A stretch of 64,000 nucleotides of DNA from Clostridia bacterium (GTDB lineage Bacteria; Bacillota; Clostridia; UBA1381; UBA9506): positions 80,326 to 144,325 of the forward strand of contig JAZROZ010000027.1 in assembly GCA_045648985.1 (NCBI GenBank), in the 5' to 3' direction. The notes under the pieces are model-generated. The model saw only the letters and a list, made by a program, of their open reading frames with translations, made no database searches and was not told the origin of the DNA. A program made the position numbers and the translations under genes. Numbering within the stretch: the first letter of the stretch is position 1; the number at the start of each line of letters is the position of its first letter. Shown piece after piece: positions 50,179 through 60,007 of the stretch.

Positions 50179-51087
50179 TTATATTAGTTTTGAAATATCA
50201 ATTTCATCGTTTATGTCAAGCCATTTATAGCGCTCATCACGTTTAAACCACGTCAGCTGACGTTTAGCGTAGTGACGGCTGTTTTGCTTGACAGCATCTA
50301 TCGCTTCTTCCTTTGTGCAAAAGCCATCAAAATATGAAACGATTTCTTTATAGCCGATAGCCTGCATAGATTGCATATCCTTTGTTATTCCGCTTTTAAG
50401 CAGTGATGAAACTTCATCGAAAAGTCCGTCATTTACCATAAAGTCCACGCGCTTATTTATTCTTTCGTAGATAAGCTCTCTTGAAGATGTAAGAGCATAC
50501 ATTTTCGCATCATACGGGCTTGGGATAGTTTTAGATGCCGCATTATGCTCCGTCATGGTTTTTCCTGTTAAATAGTATATTTCAAGCGCCCTGATTACTC
50601 TTTTTATATTGTTTGGATGAATTGAAAGAGCGGCTGTGGGGTCAATGCTTTTTAATTCGTCATATAAAGCCTCTGTGCCCATTTTTTCGGCTTTTTTGTT
50701 TAGCTCATCACGAAGTGCATAGTCTGTTTCCGCTTCAGAAAAAGTGACATTATCAACTAAAGATGAGATATAAAGTCCTGTTCCGCCAACGACTATTGGA
50801 AGTTTTTTTCGAGCGGTGATGTCATCTATAACTGTTTTAGCACGCGCTACGTAATCTGCTACTGAAAAGTTTTCATATGGCTCTAAAATATCAATCAAAT
50901 GGTGGGGGATGCCGTCCATTTCTTCTTTTGTCGGCTTAGCAGAGCCTATATCAAGCCGTTTATAAATCTGCACAGAATCGCCGGAGACAATCTCACCGTC
51001 AAACTCTTTTGCAAGCCTGATAGAAAGATTTGTCTTTCCCGTTGCGGTAGGACCGCCTATTACCACTATTTTTGTTTTGTTTTCCAT
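50179..51087 (-). CDS. miaA: tRNA dimethylallyltransferase
   Basis: IGGPTATGKT, GDSVQIYK.LDIGSAKP, GGTGLY. Confidence 0.93.
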   Translation of the reverse strand: MENKTKIVVIGGPTATGKTNLSIRLAKEFDGEIVSGDSVQIYKRLDIGSAKPTKEEMDGIPHHLIDILEPYENFSVADYVARAKTVIDDITARKKLPIVVGGTGLYISSLVDNVTFSEAETDYALRDELNKKAEKMGTEALYDELKSIDPTAALSIHPNNIKRVIRALEIYYLTGKTMTEHNAASKTIPSPYDAKMYALTSSRELIYERINKRVDFMVNDGLFDEVSSLLKSGITKDMQSMQAIGYKEIVSYFDGFCTKEEAIDAVKQNSRHYAKRQLTWFKRDERYKWLDINDEIDISKLI

Positions 51088-51089
51088 TA

Positions 51090-52985
51090 TTACACAATCC
51101 TTTTAAACTGCTTTTCAATGAAATCCTTTGTAAAAGCAATCGTAATAGGACGACCATGTGGGCAGGTATTAATTTCAGAAAGTACAAAAATACTGTCTAA
51201 AAGCTTTTTCATTTCAGCCTCATAAAGTCGTCTGTTTGCCTTAACAGCACCCCTGCAGGCGATACTGTATAGCATTTTTTCAACTAATTGCTGGTCTATA
51301 TTTTTTCTGTAAGCAGAATGAAGACTTATGATTTCAACTATTGTTTCCTTGATTTGAGCATCTGTAAGCTCAAGCGGTACACCACGAACTATTATTTCAT
51401 TATCGCCGAATTCCTCTGCTTCAAAACCAAGCTTGTTAATCTCTTCGCAGTTTTCAGAAAAAACTGCCATTTCAGTTGGTGTGAGCTTAACAATAGCAGG
51501 TGTCAGCAGTGTTTGTGATGCAATGCGTCTGTTTTTATAGCTCTCTTTTAAAGTTTCAAAACGCAGTCTCTCGTGTGCTGCGTGCTGGTCAACCATCATC
51601 ATTTTGCCATCTTTTTCAATTATGATATATGTATCAAAAACCTGACCGCAGATTTTATATGAAGTGTCAGGCATAGGTTTTTTTACTTCTTCTGCAGAAA
51701 CAGTCACAGTTTTTTGCTCAGGCTCAATTGCAATATCAATCTTTGCCTGTGATGGAGCAGGAGTGGGCGGAATTACCATTTGGGTTACGTGTGTTGTTTC
51801 CTTTGTCTCCGTCTGTGGTATTACTGTTTTTATAACAGTCGGTTCTTCTTTTTTTACAGGTCGTGACGATTCGCTAAAGGAAAGAACATTTCTTTTCTGA
51901 GTTGATAATCCCTCAAAAAGCTTTTGAGCTATTGTTTCCTGCTTGACTGCAGGCTGTGGCGCAATGGGAATATTTTTCCCTACAACAGGGATTGATTTTT
52001 TCTGGTAGAGTGCGTTTTTTGCCGCCCAATACACTACGTGATAAACTGCCTTTTCATCGGAGAATTTTGCTTCAAGCTTAGTGGGGTGTACATTAATATC
52101 CACACAATGAGGGTCAATTTCTATATTGATTACACAAGACGGGAATTTACCTGTCATAAGCTCTTGCTTATATGCTTCTTCAACTGCGTGCGAAATTAAA
52201 GGGCTTTTTATGTATCTTCCGTTTAAAAAGATGTTTTGCAAATTTCTGTTTGGTCTTGCGGCTTCGGATTTTCCGAAATATCCCGAAAGTGAGATGCCAA
52301 ACTCAGAATAATTACCCTCTGCCATTGCATTTTTAATATCTCTTCCGTAGATTGAGTAAATTGTATTTATCAGCTCGCCGTCACCCGTTGTGAAAATCTG
52401 CTCTTTATCGTTATTTATAAATTTAAAGGAAATATCGGGCCTCGCTAAGCTTAAACGTGTGATGATATCTGCTATATAGCCTGCTTCTGTGTGGTCCTTT
52501 TTTAAGAACTTCATTCTTGCAGGCGTATTGATAAACAAATCACGGACAATTACAGTAGTGCCGTCAGGACAGCCTGCATCGAGTGTATCGGTAATTTCAC
52601 CGCAGGTGCTTTTGATTAGCGTTCCCTCTTTTTCGTCTTTTGATTTAGTGTAGATTTCCATATTGCTGACAGCTGCAATACTTGCTAAAGCCTCGCCCCT
52701 GAAGCCAAGTGTGAGGATTGCATCTAAATCCTCTGCAGCAGAAATCTTACTTGTAGCATGGCGCAAAAGTGACATTTGTGCGTCCTCTTTTGTCATACCA
52801 ACACCGTCATCTGCCACTCTTATATACTTTATACCGCCGTTTTTAATCTCGACTGTAATGTGTTCGGCTTTTGCATCTATTGAATTTTCCAAAAGCTCCT
52901 TTATGACAGATGCAGGACGTTCTACAACTTCGCCTGCTGCAATCATATTGGATACTGTTTTATCAAGTAGTTTGATTTTTCCCAT
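51090..52985 (-). CDS. mutL: DNA mismatch repair protein MutL
   Basis: IAAGEVVERPASVIKELLENSIDA, GFRGEAL, C-terminal DQHAAHER endonuclease motif. Confidence 0.94.
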   Translation of the reverse strand: MGKIKLLDKTVSNMIAAGEVVERPASVIKELLENSIDAKAEHITVEIKNGGIKYIRVADDGVGMTKEDAQMSLLRHATSKISAAEDLDAILTLGFRGEALASIAAVSNMEIYTKSKDEKEGTLIKSTCGEITDTLDAGCPDGTTVIVRDLFINTPARMKFLKKDHTEAGYIADIITRLSLARPDISFKFINNDKEQIFTTGDGELINTIYSIYGRDIKNAMAEGNYSEFGISLSGYFGKSEAARPNRNLQNIFLNGRYIKSPLISHAVEEAYKQELMTGKFPSCVINIEIDPHCVDINVHPTKLEAKFSDEKAVYHVVYWAAKNALYQKKSIPVVGKNIPIAPQPAVKQETIAQKLFEGLSTQKRNVLSFSESSRPVKKEEPTVIKTVIPQTETKETTHVTQMVIPPTPAPSQAKIDIAIEPEQKTVTVSAEEVKKPMPDTSYKICGQVFDTYIIIEKDGKMMMVDQHAAHERLRFETLKESYKNRRIASQTLLTPAIVKLTPTEMAVFSENCEEINKLGFEAEEFGDNEIIVRGVPLELTDAQIKETIVEIISLHSAYRKNIDQQLVEKMLYSIACRGAVKANRRLYEAEMKKLLDSIFVLSEINTCPHGRPITIAFTKDFIEKQFKRIV

Positions 52986-52996
52986 TTATATCACCT

Positions 52997-54028
52997 TTAA
53001 AAGAATTTTAATATGTCTTTATATGCGATAAAGACAGAGAATAAAAGAAGTGCTAAAAGTCCTATCATATGGACTAATCCTTCTTTTTCAGGCGGGATTG
53101 GTTTTCTTCTTATCATTTCAATTAAAACAAACAGTATTCTTCCACCGTCTAAGGCAGGTATGGGAAGAAGATTAAATACACCTAAATTAACGGTTAATAA
53201 AACGGCAAGAAACAGAAGGTCTAAAATGCCCTCCATTCCCGTCTTAGCAGCAGATTCTACCGCGCCGCCGATTTCGGAAACTATACCAATCGGCCCTGAC
53301 ATCTGGTCGATACCGAGCTTTCCGCGAAGTAAATCTAAAAATGTTTCGATTATAACCTTAGAATAAAAAACCGTCTGGTGAAATGACTCTTTTATAGTTA
53401 GAAAAAAGTTGTTTTCTACCGCATTAAAAGACATACCGAAAAGATATCTGCCATCTTTAATTTCAGGAGTGATATTAAGAGTCAGCTTTTCGCCATTTCT
53501 TTTGATTGTGAATTCTTTTTCGCTGCCGTCAAGGTCAGATAACTCCCAACGCAGCGTAGAATTATTTGGAGTACGTGTTTTATCTACCTTTACGATTTCA
53601 TCACCCGGAAGGATTCCTGCTAAAGCTGCAGGACTTTCTTCTTCTACTTGCGCAACTTGTGTTGTTATAATGGCATCCTGCGTGCCGATAGCTATATTTA
53701 AAAGCGCAAAGCCGAGAAGAATATTCATAATGGCGCCTGCTGCCAAAACTATAAGTCTGACATATGGCGGCTTATTAATAAGGGCGCGTGCATCATTAGA
53801 TGCTGTGTCCTCTCCCTCTAATTTACAGTATCCGCCAATGGGGAAAAGTCTTATTGAATATTGTGTTTCACCTTTTGTAAAGCCGCAAAGTCTTGGCCCC
53901 ATTCCAAGCGCAAATTCGTGGACCTTGATTTTTGCTATTTTTGCTGTTATGAAGTGTCCGAATTCGTGTACAAAGATTAAAACGGCAAAAATAATTATTG
54001 CCGCTAAAACTGTAAGTAATGTATTCAT
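52997..54028 (-). CDS. rseP: RIP site-2 metalloprotease RseP
   Basis: HEFGHF zinc motif, central PDZ (GILPGDEIV), NLLPIPALDGG. Confidence 0.87.
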   Translation of the reverse strand: MNTLLTVLAAIIIFAVLIFVHEFGHFITAKIAKIKVHEFALGMGPRLCGFTKGETQYSIRLFPIGGYCKLEGEDTASNDARALINKPPYVRLIVLAAGAIMNILLGFALLNIAIGTQDAIITTQVAQVEEESPAALAGILPGDEIVKVDKTRTPNNSTLRWELSDLDGSEKEFTIKRNGEKLTLNITPEIKDGRYLFGMSFNAVENNFFLTIKESFHQTVFYSKVIIETFLDLLRGKLGIDQMSGPIGIVSEIGGAVESAAKTGMEGILDLLFLAVLLTVNLGVFNLLPIPALDGGRILFVLIEMIRRKPIPPEKEGLVHMIGLLALLLFSVFIAYKDILKFF

Positions 54029-54108
54029 ATAATTGTCACTCCTTGTGGCTTAACCCTTTTGGGAATCGAGACAAACAGGTCTTAAAACAGTATATGATTT
54101 TTGCCTGT

Positions 54109-55257
54109 TTATATTCTGCCGAGAACAAATTCTCTTGCCCACTTGTCGCAGGCTAAAATATCTGAAAGTGTAGGATTTTCAATAATTTTGTGTGCGTCCA
54201 TTGTAGCTTCATTAAATCTTGCAATATCTAAAAAGCCGATTTTTCCTGAAAGGAAAAGTCCTACAGAAATTTCATTTGCAGCATTTAACACACAAGGCAT
54301 AGTATGCCCGATTTTTCCTGCATTATAAGCAAGGCCTAAGCAACGGAATGTTTTTATATCAGGTTTTGCAAAAGAAAGCTCGCCGCAAGATATAAGGTCA
54401 AGCTCGTTTCCATGCATCAAAAGGCGCGCAGGATATGTTATAGCATATTGTATCGGCAGCTTCATATCGGGAGAACCGAGCTGTGCTAAAACTGCATTAT
54501 CACAAAATTCTACCATAGAATGAACTATGCTTTGTCTATGTATTAAAACATCAATATTTTGATATGGTACATCAAAAAGATGAAAAGCTTCAATTATTTC
54601 AAAGCCTTTATTCATAAGTGTTGCTGAATCGATAGTGATTTTTGCACCCATATCCCAGTTGGGATGATTCAGGGCATCAGCTATGGTAACAGAGCTTAAT
54701 TCTTCTTTTGATTTGCCAAAAAAAGGACCGCCTGAGCATGTGAGCAAAATTCTTTTGATATTATTTGATTTGTCAGGATAATTGTGTAAACATTGAAAAA
54801 TAGCACTATGCTCACTATCTACAGGTATAAGCTGCGCACCTGATTTTTTACACTCGTTTTTGACTAGTGCACCGGCGGCAACTAACGTTTCTTTGTTCGC
54901 AAGAGCTATTCTTTTTTTTGCCTGTATAGCAGATAAGGTAGGTTTTAGCGCTGCTATTCCGACAATTCCCGTTATAACCGTATCACTTTTGGGAAGTGCG
55001 GCAATATGACATAACCCTTCCTCTCCGCATAAAACTTTTATGCTTGTATCGGAAAGTCTTGTTTTAATATCATTATATTTTGACTCATCCGTTACGCATA
55101 CATATTCAGGAGAGAATTTTCTCGCCTGCTTTTCAAGCAGTGCCGTATTTGAATTAGCACTCAGTGCCTCAACACAAAGGTCGGGGTTAGAGTCAATAAC
55201 ACTTAAAGTCTGGGTTCCAATCGATCCTGTAGAGCCTAAAACTGTAATATTTCTCAT
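54109..55257 (-). CDS. dxr: 1-deoxy-D-xylulose 5-phosphate reductoisomerase
   Basis: ITVLGSTGSIGTQTL, LANKETLV, PVDSEHSAIFQC, HPNWDMG. Confidence 0.95.
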   Translation of the reverse strand: MRNITVLGSTGSIGTQTLSVIDSNPDLCVEALSANSNTALLEKQARKFSPEYVCVTDESKYNDIKTRLSDTSIKVLCGEEGLCHIAALPKSDTVITGIVGIAALKPTLSAIQAKKRIALANKETLVAAGALVKNECKKSGAQLIPVDSEHSAIFQCLHNYPDKSNNIKRILLTCSGGPFFGKSKEELSSVTIADALNHPNWDMGAKITIDSATLMNKGFEIIEAFHLFDVPYQNIDVLIHRQSIVHSMVEFCDNAVLAQLGSPDMKLPIQYAITYPARLLMHGNELDLISCGELSFAKPDIKTFRCLGLAYNAGKIGHTMPCVLNAANEISVGLFLSGKIGFLDIARFNEATMDAHKIIENPTLSDILACDKWAREFVLGRI

Positions 55258-56093
55258 TTGTAAATAACCTCAAAAATTTTTAAAAAATAGTAACACATAG
55301 GTGTTATGAAAATAAGGCTGTCGATTCTGTCAAGTATTCCGCCGTGACCGGGAATAAGATTTCCAAAATCCTTAACGCCGCAGCTGCGCTTTATCAGGGA
55401 AGCCGTCAGGTCGCCAAACTGCGACAAAACGGAACACATCAGCGCAAGCAGACACATTAGTCCTATGTTTGCCTTGTATCCTAAAAAGGAAATAATCAAG
55501 GCATATATTAAAGAGCATAAAACACACCCTATAACACCTGAAACCGCACCCTCAACCGTCTTTTTCGGGCTGATTTTGGGAATTAGCTTATGTTTTCCTA
55601 AAGCGATTCCGCCAAAATAAGCAAAAGTGTCTGTTATCCATGCGCAAATGAGCGGAATGAAAATCAAAACAACACCATGCTCCATAGCTCGAATGAGCGA
55701 AAGATGATATACAAAAACAACTGAATATACCAGTACGAAAAAAGATATCAGCACATCGTTCATCGATATGGTGTCACTGAAAATCACAGCGCAAATAGAA
55801 AGCAGCATAAGATAAAGCACTATACACGAGGAAAAGTTTGCCGACTGATATAATGTCTGTTTTATGAAAAGTGTGGAAAGTATCACAGCAGCAAAGCAAA
55901 AATATAAAACTATGAGAGGCCACTTCTTCTGCTGTGAAAATGTTGTATATAGCTCATATAAAGCTATAAGGCTTACTCCGCAGATGGCAATATTAAAAAT
56001 CAGTTGATTTGAAAAAATCAAAAGTAAAACCAATACTATTCCAACTCCGGCGCTAATGAGCCTCACACCAAGTTTAGACCACATATTATTCAT
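55254..56093 (-). CDS. cdsA: Phosphatidate cytidylyltransferase
   Basis: Polytopic protein with signature SLIKRSCGVKDFGNLIPGHGGILDRIDS. Its stop overlaps the dxr start (ATGA). Confidence 0.87.
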   Translation of the reverse strand: MNNMWSKLGVRLISAGVGIVLVLLLIFSNQLIFNIAICGVSLIALYELYTTFSQQKKWPLIVLYFCFAAVILSTLFIKQTLYQSANFSSCIVLYLMLLSICAVIFSDTISMNDVLISFFVLVYSVVFVYHLSLIRAMEHGVVLIFIPLICAWITDTFAYFGGIALGKHKLIPKISPKKTVEGAVSGVIGCVLCSLIYALIISFLGYKANIGLMCLLALMCSVLSQFGDLTASLIKRSCGVKDFGNLIPGHGGILDRIDSLIFITPMCYYFLKIFEVIYK

Positions 56094-56109
56094 CGCCTTT
56101 CAGTTATTC

Positions 56110-56868
56110 TTATACTCCGCCAAAACGTCGGTTTCTGTTCTGATAATCAAGTATAGCACGGGCAAAATCCGATGGTTTAAAATCAGGCCAGTTAATATCT
56201 GAAAACCAGAATTCACTGTATGCAGATTGCCACAGAAGAAAATTGCTGAGGCGCTTTTCACCGCTTGGGCGAATGATAAGGTCAACATCGGGGACATCAG
56301 GTGTGTATATGTAAGATGAAATTATATCTTCTGTGATGTCTTTTATCGCTATTTTGCCTTTTTCTATCTTTTCCATAATTTCTTTTACCGATTTGACAAC
56401 TTCTTGTCTTCCGCCATAGTTTATGGCAAGGTATAATATCATACCTGTATTGTTTTTAGTATATTCTTCGATAACATCAATTTCGGTATTTATCTCGTCA
56501 GACAAGCGCGAGCGGTCACCTATTACCTTAATGACTACATCTTTTCCTGCAAGTTGATTTTTATCTCTTAAATAGTTCAAAAGAAGGTCCATAAGCGCAT
56601 CAACTTCTTCTTTTGGACGTTTCCAGTTTTCCGTGGAAAAGGCATAAGCAGTGATATATTTAATCCCCATATTGCCTGCAAACTCAGTGATTGTCTTAAG
56701 ATTCTGTGCTCCTGCACGGTGTCCTGCGCTTCGTGGAAGACCGCGTTTTTTTGCCCATCGACCGTTGCCGTCCATTATGATGCCGACGTGTTTTGGAAGA
56801 TTATCTTTGTCAATCTGACTAAGTAATTTTTCATCTTTTTTAAATAAATTGCCGAAAATGGTTATCAT
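56110..56868 (-). CDS. uppS: Isoprenyl transferase (undecaprenyl diphosphate synthase)
   Basis: HVGIIMDGNGRWAKKRGLPR, SGEKRLSNFLLWQSAYSEF. Confidence 0.94.
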   Translation of the reverse strand: MITIFGNLFKKDEKLLSQIDKDNLPKHVGIIMDGNGRWAKKRGLPRSAGHRAGAQNLKTITEFAGNMGIKYITAYAFSTENWKRPKEEVDALMDLLLNYLRDKNQLAGKDVVIKVIGDRSRLSDEINTEIDVIEEYTKNNTGMILYLAINYGGRQEVVKSVKEIMEKIEKGKIAIKDITEDIISSYIYTPDVPDVDLIIRPSGEKRLSNFLLWQSAYSEFWFSDINWPDFKPSDFARAILDYQNRNRRFGGV

Positions 56869-56901
56869 CCTTTCCTGTGACTGATTAGCGGGAAAGAAGT
56901 C

Positions 56902-57447
56902 TTAAACTTCCATGATTTCCTTTTCTTTTTTTGCCGCGATAGCATCAATGTCTTTAATGAAGCCATCTGTGATATTCTGGATATCCTTTTCAGCATTCTT
57001 TACATCGTCTTCTGTAATTTCGCCTGCTTTTTTCTGTGCTTTAACATCTTCAAGACCATCACGTCTTATACCTCTGATTGAAACCTTAGCTTCTTCTGCA
57101 CGCTTTGAAATGCCCTTAACAAGCTCTTTTCTTCTCTCTTCTGTAAGGGGCGGGAAAGTAAGACGAATAACTTTACCATCGTTATTTGGTGTGATGCCGA
57201 TATCAGATTTTAAGATAGCTTTTTCAAGCTCACGTAAAATTGTAGCATCCCATGGTTGAATAACAAGTGTTCTTGCTTCAGGAACAGAAACTGTACCAAC
57301 CTGAGCTACGGGAGTCTGAGCACCGTAATAATCAACTGTTACTTTGTCAAGTATAGCAGGGTTTGCACGTCCTGCACGGATTGCGCCAAAGTCGTGCTCT
57401 AGGGCAGCTATTGTTTTGTTCATTTTATTTTTTAATTCTGTAAACAT
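56902..57447 (-). CDS. frr: Ribosome recycling factor
   Basis: 181 aa, ..IRAGRANPAILD.., LTEERRKELVK. Confidence 0.95.
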   Translation of the reverse strand: MFTELKNKMNKTIAALEHDFGAIRAGRANPAILDKVTVDYYGAQTPVAQVGTVSVPEARTLVIQPWDATILRELEKAILKSDIGITPNNDGKVIRLTFPPLTEERRKELVKGISKRAEEAKVSIRGIRRDGLEDVKAQKKAGEITEDDVKNAEKDIQNITDGFIKDIDAIAAKKEKEIMEV

Positions 57448-57471
57448 AAATTTATCCTCCTATAATTTATC

Positions 57472-58176
57472 TTAATTAGAAACTACTGTTCCTATTTGTT
57501 CTCCATCTAAAACCTTCAAAATATTTTCAGGATTGTCAAGACCGAATACTAAAATCGGGATGTCATTGTCCATACAAAGTGATGTTGCAGTAGAGTCCAT
57601 AACACCTAAGCCACGTTTTAGCACTTCGATATAAGTAAGACTGTCAAAACGCTTGGCATCGGGGTTGACGTTTGGATCACTGTCATATACGCCATCAACA
57701 TTTTTTGCAAGAAGTATTGCATCTGCATCAATTTCTGCAGCTCTTAAGGCTGCTGCTGTATCTGTTGAGAAGAAAGGATTACCTGTTCCGCAACCGAATA
57801 TAACAACACGGTCTTTAGATAAGTGACTGACAGACTTTCCTCTGATATAAGGCTCTGCAATTTGTCGCATTTCGATAGCCGTCTGCACTCTTGCAGGAAC
57901 ACCTATTGCTTCTAGCGAGCTTTGAAGCGCTAAAGAATTTATAACAGTTGCAAGCATACCCATATGGTCAGCTCTTGTTCTGTCCATATTTTTGCCTCTG
58001 CCGCGCCAGAAATTACCACCGCCTACAACGATGGCAATCTGCACTCCGCCTTCGCGCGCTTTTTTTATAACTTCTGATATTTTTGTGAGCTTATCAAAAT
58101 CAATTCCTGTTCCGTTTTCGCAGGACAAAGCTTCACCGCTTAATTTAAGTAAGACACGTTTGTATTTTGCCGCCAT
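57472..58176 (-). CDS. pyrH: UMP kinase
   Basis: [42 protein letters not shown]. Confidence 0.95.
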   Translation of the reverse strand: MAAKYKRVLLKLSGEALSCENGTGIDFDKLTKISEVIKKAREGGVQIAIVVGGGNFWRGRGKNMDRTRADHMGMLATVINSLALQSSLEAIGVPARVQTAIEMRQIAEPYIRGKSVSHLSKDRVVIFGCGTGNPFFSTDTAAALRAAEIDADAILLAKNVDGVYDSDPNVNPDAKRFDSLTYIEVLKRGLGVMDSTATSLCMDNDIPILVFGLDNPENILKVLDGEQIGTVVSN

Positions 58177-58254
58177 AATATCCTCCTAATGCTATTTTAT
58201 TCAATTTTTTAACAAAAATATATTTTTTTAAAAATATACATATTTTTTCGGGTA

Positions 58255-58342
58255 GTTATTAACATTATCAACAGAGTTGTTAACATTTTTAATGCGATTT
58301 TAAGCCAAAAACTTAGGTTATTAACAAAAAACTGTTGATAAC
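58255..58342. promoter_or_regulatory. Cluster of five TT(A/G)T(T/C)AACA 9-mers (DnaA-box-like or unknown operator) upstream of pyrH
   Basis: TTATTAACA 58256, TTATCAACA 58265, TTGTTAACA 58277, TTATTAACA 58318, and TTATCAACA on the opposite strand at 58333-58341. The last two form a 10-6-10 inverted repeat. Confidence 0.35.
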
Positions 58343-58447
58343 TTTTGAAAAAATTGTGTATATAAGCGCTAATTTTTTTCCTAATTTCTGCCAAAATATA
58401 CATTTTGGAAAAGCCCTGCAAAAATGCTGAATTTTAGCAAAAAAATC

Positions 58448-58924
58448 TCAGTTCTTTTTAGATTTATCACCAAATACCCACAGTCTGTTACCAAGAAAAT
58501 TAACTGCTAATGAAAAGGGTGTAGCAAGCAGCTTGCAAAAGATAACAGCCACATCTCCTTCTATCACAAAAGGTATAGAAAATGCTCTGAGTACATAATT
58601 TGCAATATTTTCAAGGTGCAACAAATCATAAAAAACATTTAAAAGCAGGATTGTAACACCCATAGAAACTAAATTTACAATGATAAACTTCCACATTTCG
58701 TCTAATTTAACCGCGCCTTTTTGCTCGAAAGTGAAATATCTGTTTAAAATATAGCTGTTTGTCATTGCTATGGCTGTTGCTAAAACCTGCGAAATACTTT
58801 TATCGAAATTACACAGGCTGAAAAACATTATAAAAAGACCGTAGTCAATGACGGTGTTCATAACACCGAACACACAGAATTTCATAACCTGCACAAAATT
58901 CTTTTTTGAGTTATTATTTGTCAT
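58448..58924 (-). CDS. GtrA-family small membrane protein
   Basis: ATG 58924 overlaps the upstream GT2 stop by 11 nt. FVQVMKFCVFGVMNTVIDYGLF.. and four TM helices, typical of GtrA. Confidence 0.75.
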   Translation of the reverse strand: MTNNNSKKNFVQVMKFCVFGVMNTVIDYGLFIMFFSLCNFDKSISQVLATAIAMTNSYILNRYFTFEQKGAVKLDEMWKFIIVNLVSMGVTILLLNVFYDLLHLENIANYVLRAFSIPFVIEGDVAVIFCKLLATPFSLAVNFLGNRLWVFGDKSKKN

Positions 58925-59855
58925 CTTCAAAACCTTTTTTCTCTCTGATAATATATAGCGGACGATTTTTTGATTCATCATAAATTCTGCCGACATATTC
59001 GCCCATAATGCCAAGCATAATGAGTATTATTCCGTTGAAGAAAAGTGTAACAGAAAGCGTAGATGCCCAGCCTGATACTGCCATATCGGTAAATAGCTTT
59101 ATCGCTATAACAACAAGCAGGTAGATAAAGCTACCCAGCGAAAGCAAAAAGCCGAGATATGTTGAAAGCTTAAGCGGTTTGTATGAAAAAGCCGTAATAC
59201 CATCTAAGGCAAATTTTATCATTTTCTTTAAAGGATATTTTGTTTCGCCTGCAAATCTTTCCTCGCGCACATATGTCACATCTGTCTGACGAAAGCCAAC
59301 CCAGCTGACGAGGCCTCTTACGTATCTGTTTTTTTCTGAAAGTGATGAAAGAGCATCGCAGACTTTTCTGTCGATAAGACGAAAGTCACCTGTATCAACG
59401 GGAATATCCACGGTTGTCATACTCTTTAAGAAGCGGTAAAATACCTTAGCAGTAAAGAGCTTAAAGAAAGTTTCGCCCTTTCTTTTGCCGCGCTTTCCGT
59501 AAACTACATCGTAGCCTTCTTTCCATTTTGCAATCATATCCAAAATAACTTCAGGCGGGTCCTGGAGGTCTGCATCAATAACAACAACGGCCTGACCTGA
59601 TGAATTATCCATACCTGCAGTTATTGCAGTCTGGTGACCGAAGTTACGCGAAAAATCAATCATTTTAACATTTTTATCTTTATCACATATTTCTGAAAGG
59701 AGAGCACCGGTTTTGTCCCTGCTGCCGTCATTTACAAAAATAAGCTCATATGCTTCATTTGTAGTATCCATGACTGCCTTTAATCTTTTGTAGCTTTCGT
59801 TGATTACCAGTTCTTCATTATATGCGGGAATTACGATAGAATACCTTACAGACAT
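58914..59855 (-). CDS. Family 2 glycosyltransferase, GtrB/CsbB-like polyprenol-phosphate glycosyltransferase with C-terminal TM helices
   Basis: ATG 59855 follows GGAGG. YSIVIPAYNEE, FVNDGSRDKT, VIDADLQDPPE, and two C-terminal TM helices. Confidence 0.85.
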   Translation of the reverse strand: MSVRYSIVIPAYNEELVINESYKRLKAVMDTTNEAYELIFVNDGSRDKTGALLSEICDKDKNVKMIDFSRNFGHQTAITAGMDNSSGQAVVVIDADLQDPPEVILDMIAKWKEGYDVVYGKRGKRKGETFFKLFTAKVFYRFLKSMTTVDIPVDTGDFRLIDRKVCDALSSLSEKNRYVRGLVSWVGFRQTDVTYVREERFAGETKYPLKKMIKFALDGITAFSYKPLKLSTYLGFLLSLGSFIYLLVVIAIKLFTDMAVSGWASTLSVTLFFNGIILIMLGIMGEYVGRIYDESKNRPLYIIREKKGFEDDK

Positions 59856-59950
59856 AATAACCTCCAATTATAATATTTATATATAATTAGTATATCTTTT
59901 AGTGTAAAATTTGTCAAGGTTTATAGATGAAATTGATTATATTTTACGAC

Positions 59951-60003
59951 AAAAAAAGACAGGACTATAACAAGCGGTTTTAAAAAGGCTTATTATAGTC
60001 CTG
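59951..60003 (-). terminator. Terminator after the riboflavin S-component gene
   Basis: CAGGACTATAA ... TTATAGTCCTG stem (with inner AAGC/GCTT pairs), followed on the - strand by a T-run. Confidence 0.6.
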
Positions 60004-60007
60004 ATAT

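Noticed and set aside
53409-54032. A 207-aa ORF on the + strand.
   Set aside because: It lies entirely antisense to the well-supported rseP gene. It has a low-complexity Ser/Ile/Phe-rich composition, no SD and no recognisable motifs. It is a shadow ORF.
58209-58421. A 70-aa ORF on the - strand in the pyrH upstream spacer.
   Set aside because: The spacer is extremely AT-rich. The peptide is Ile/Lys/Phe-rich with no SD and spans the repeated 9-mer cluster. It is more likely regulatory DNA.
58177-58447. The chromosomal replication origin (oriC), suggested by the DnaA-box-like cluster in AT-rich DNA.
   Set aside because: There is no dnaA, dnaN or rpmH nearby, no perfect TTATCCACA box, and no obvious AT-rich 13-mer/DUE repeats. 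It is kept only as a possible non-origin DnaA-box cluster or operator.
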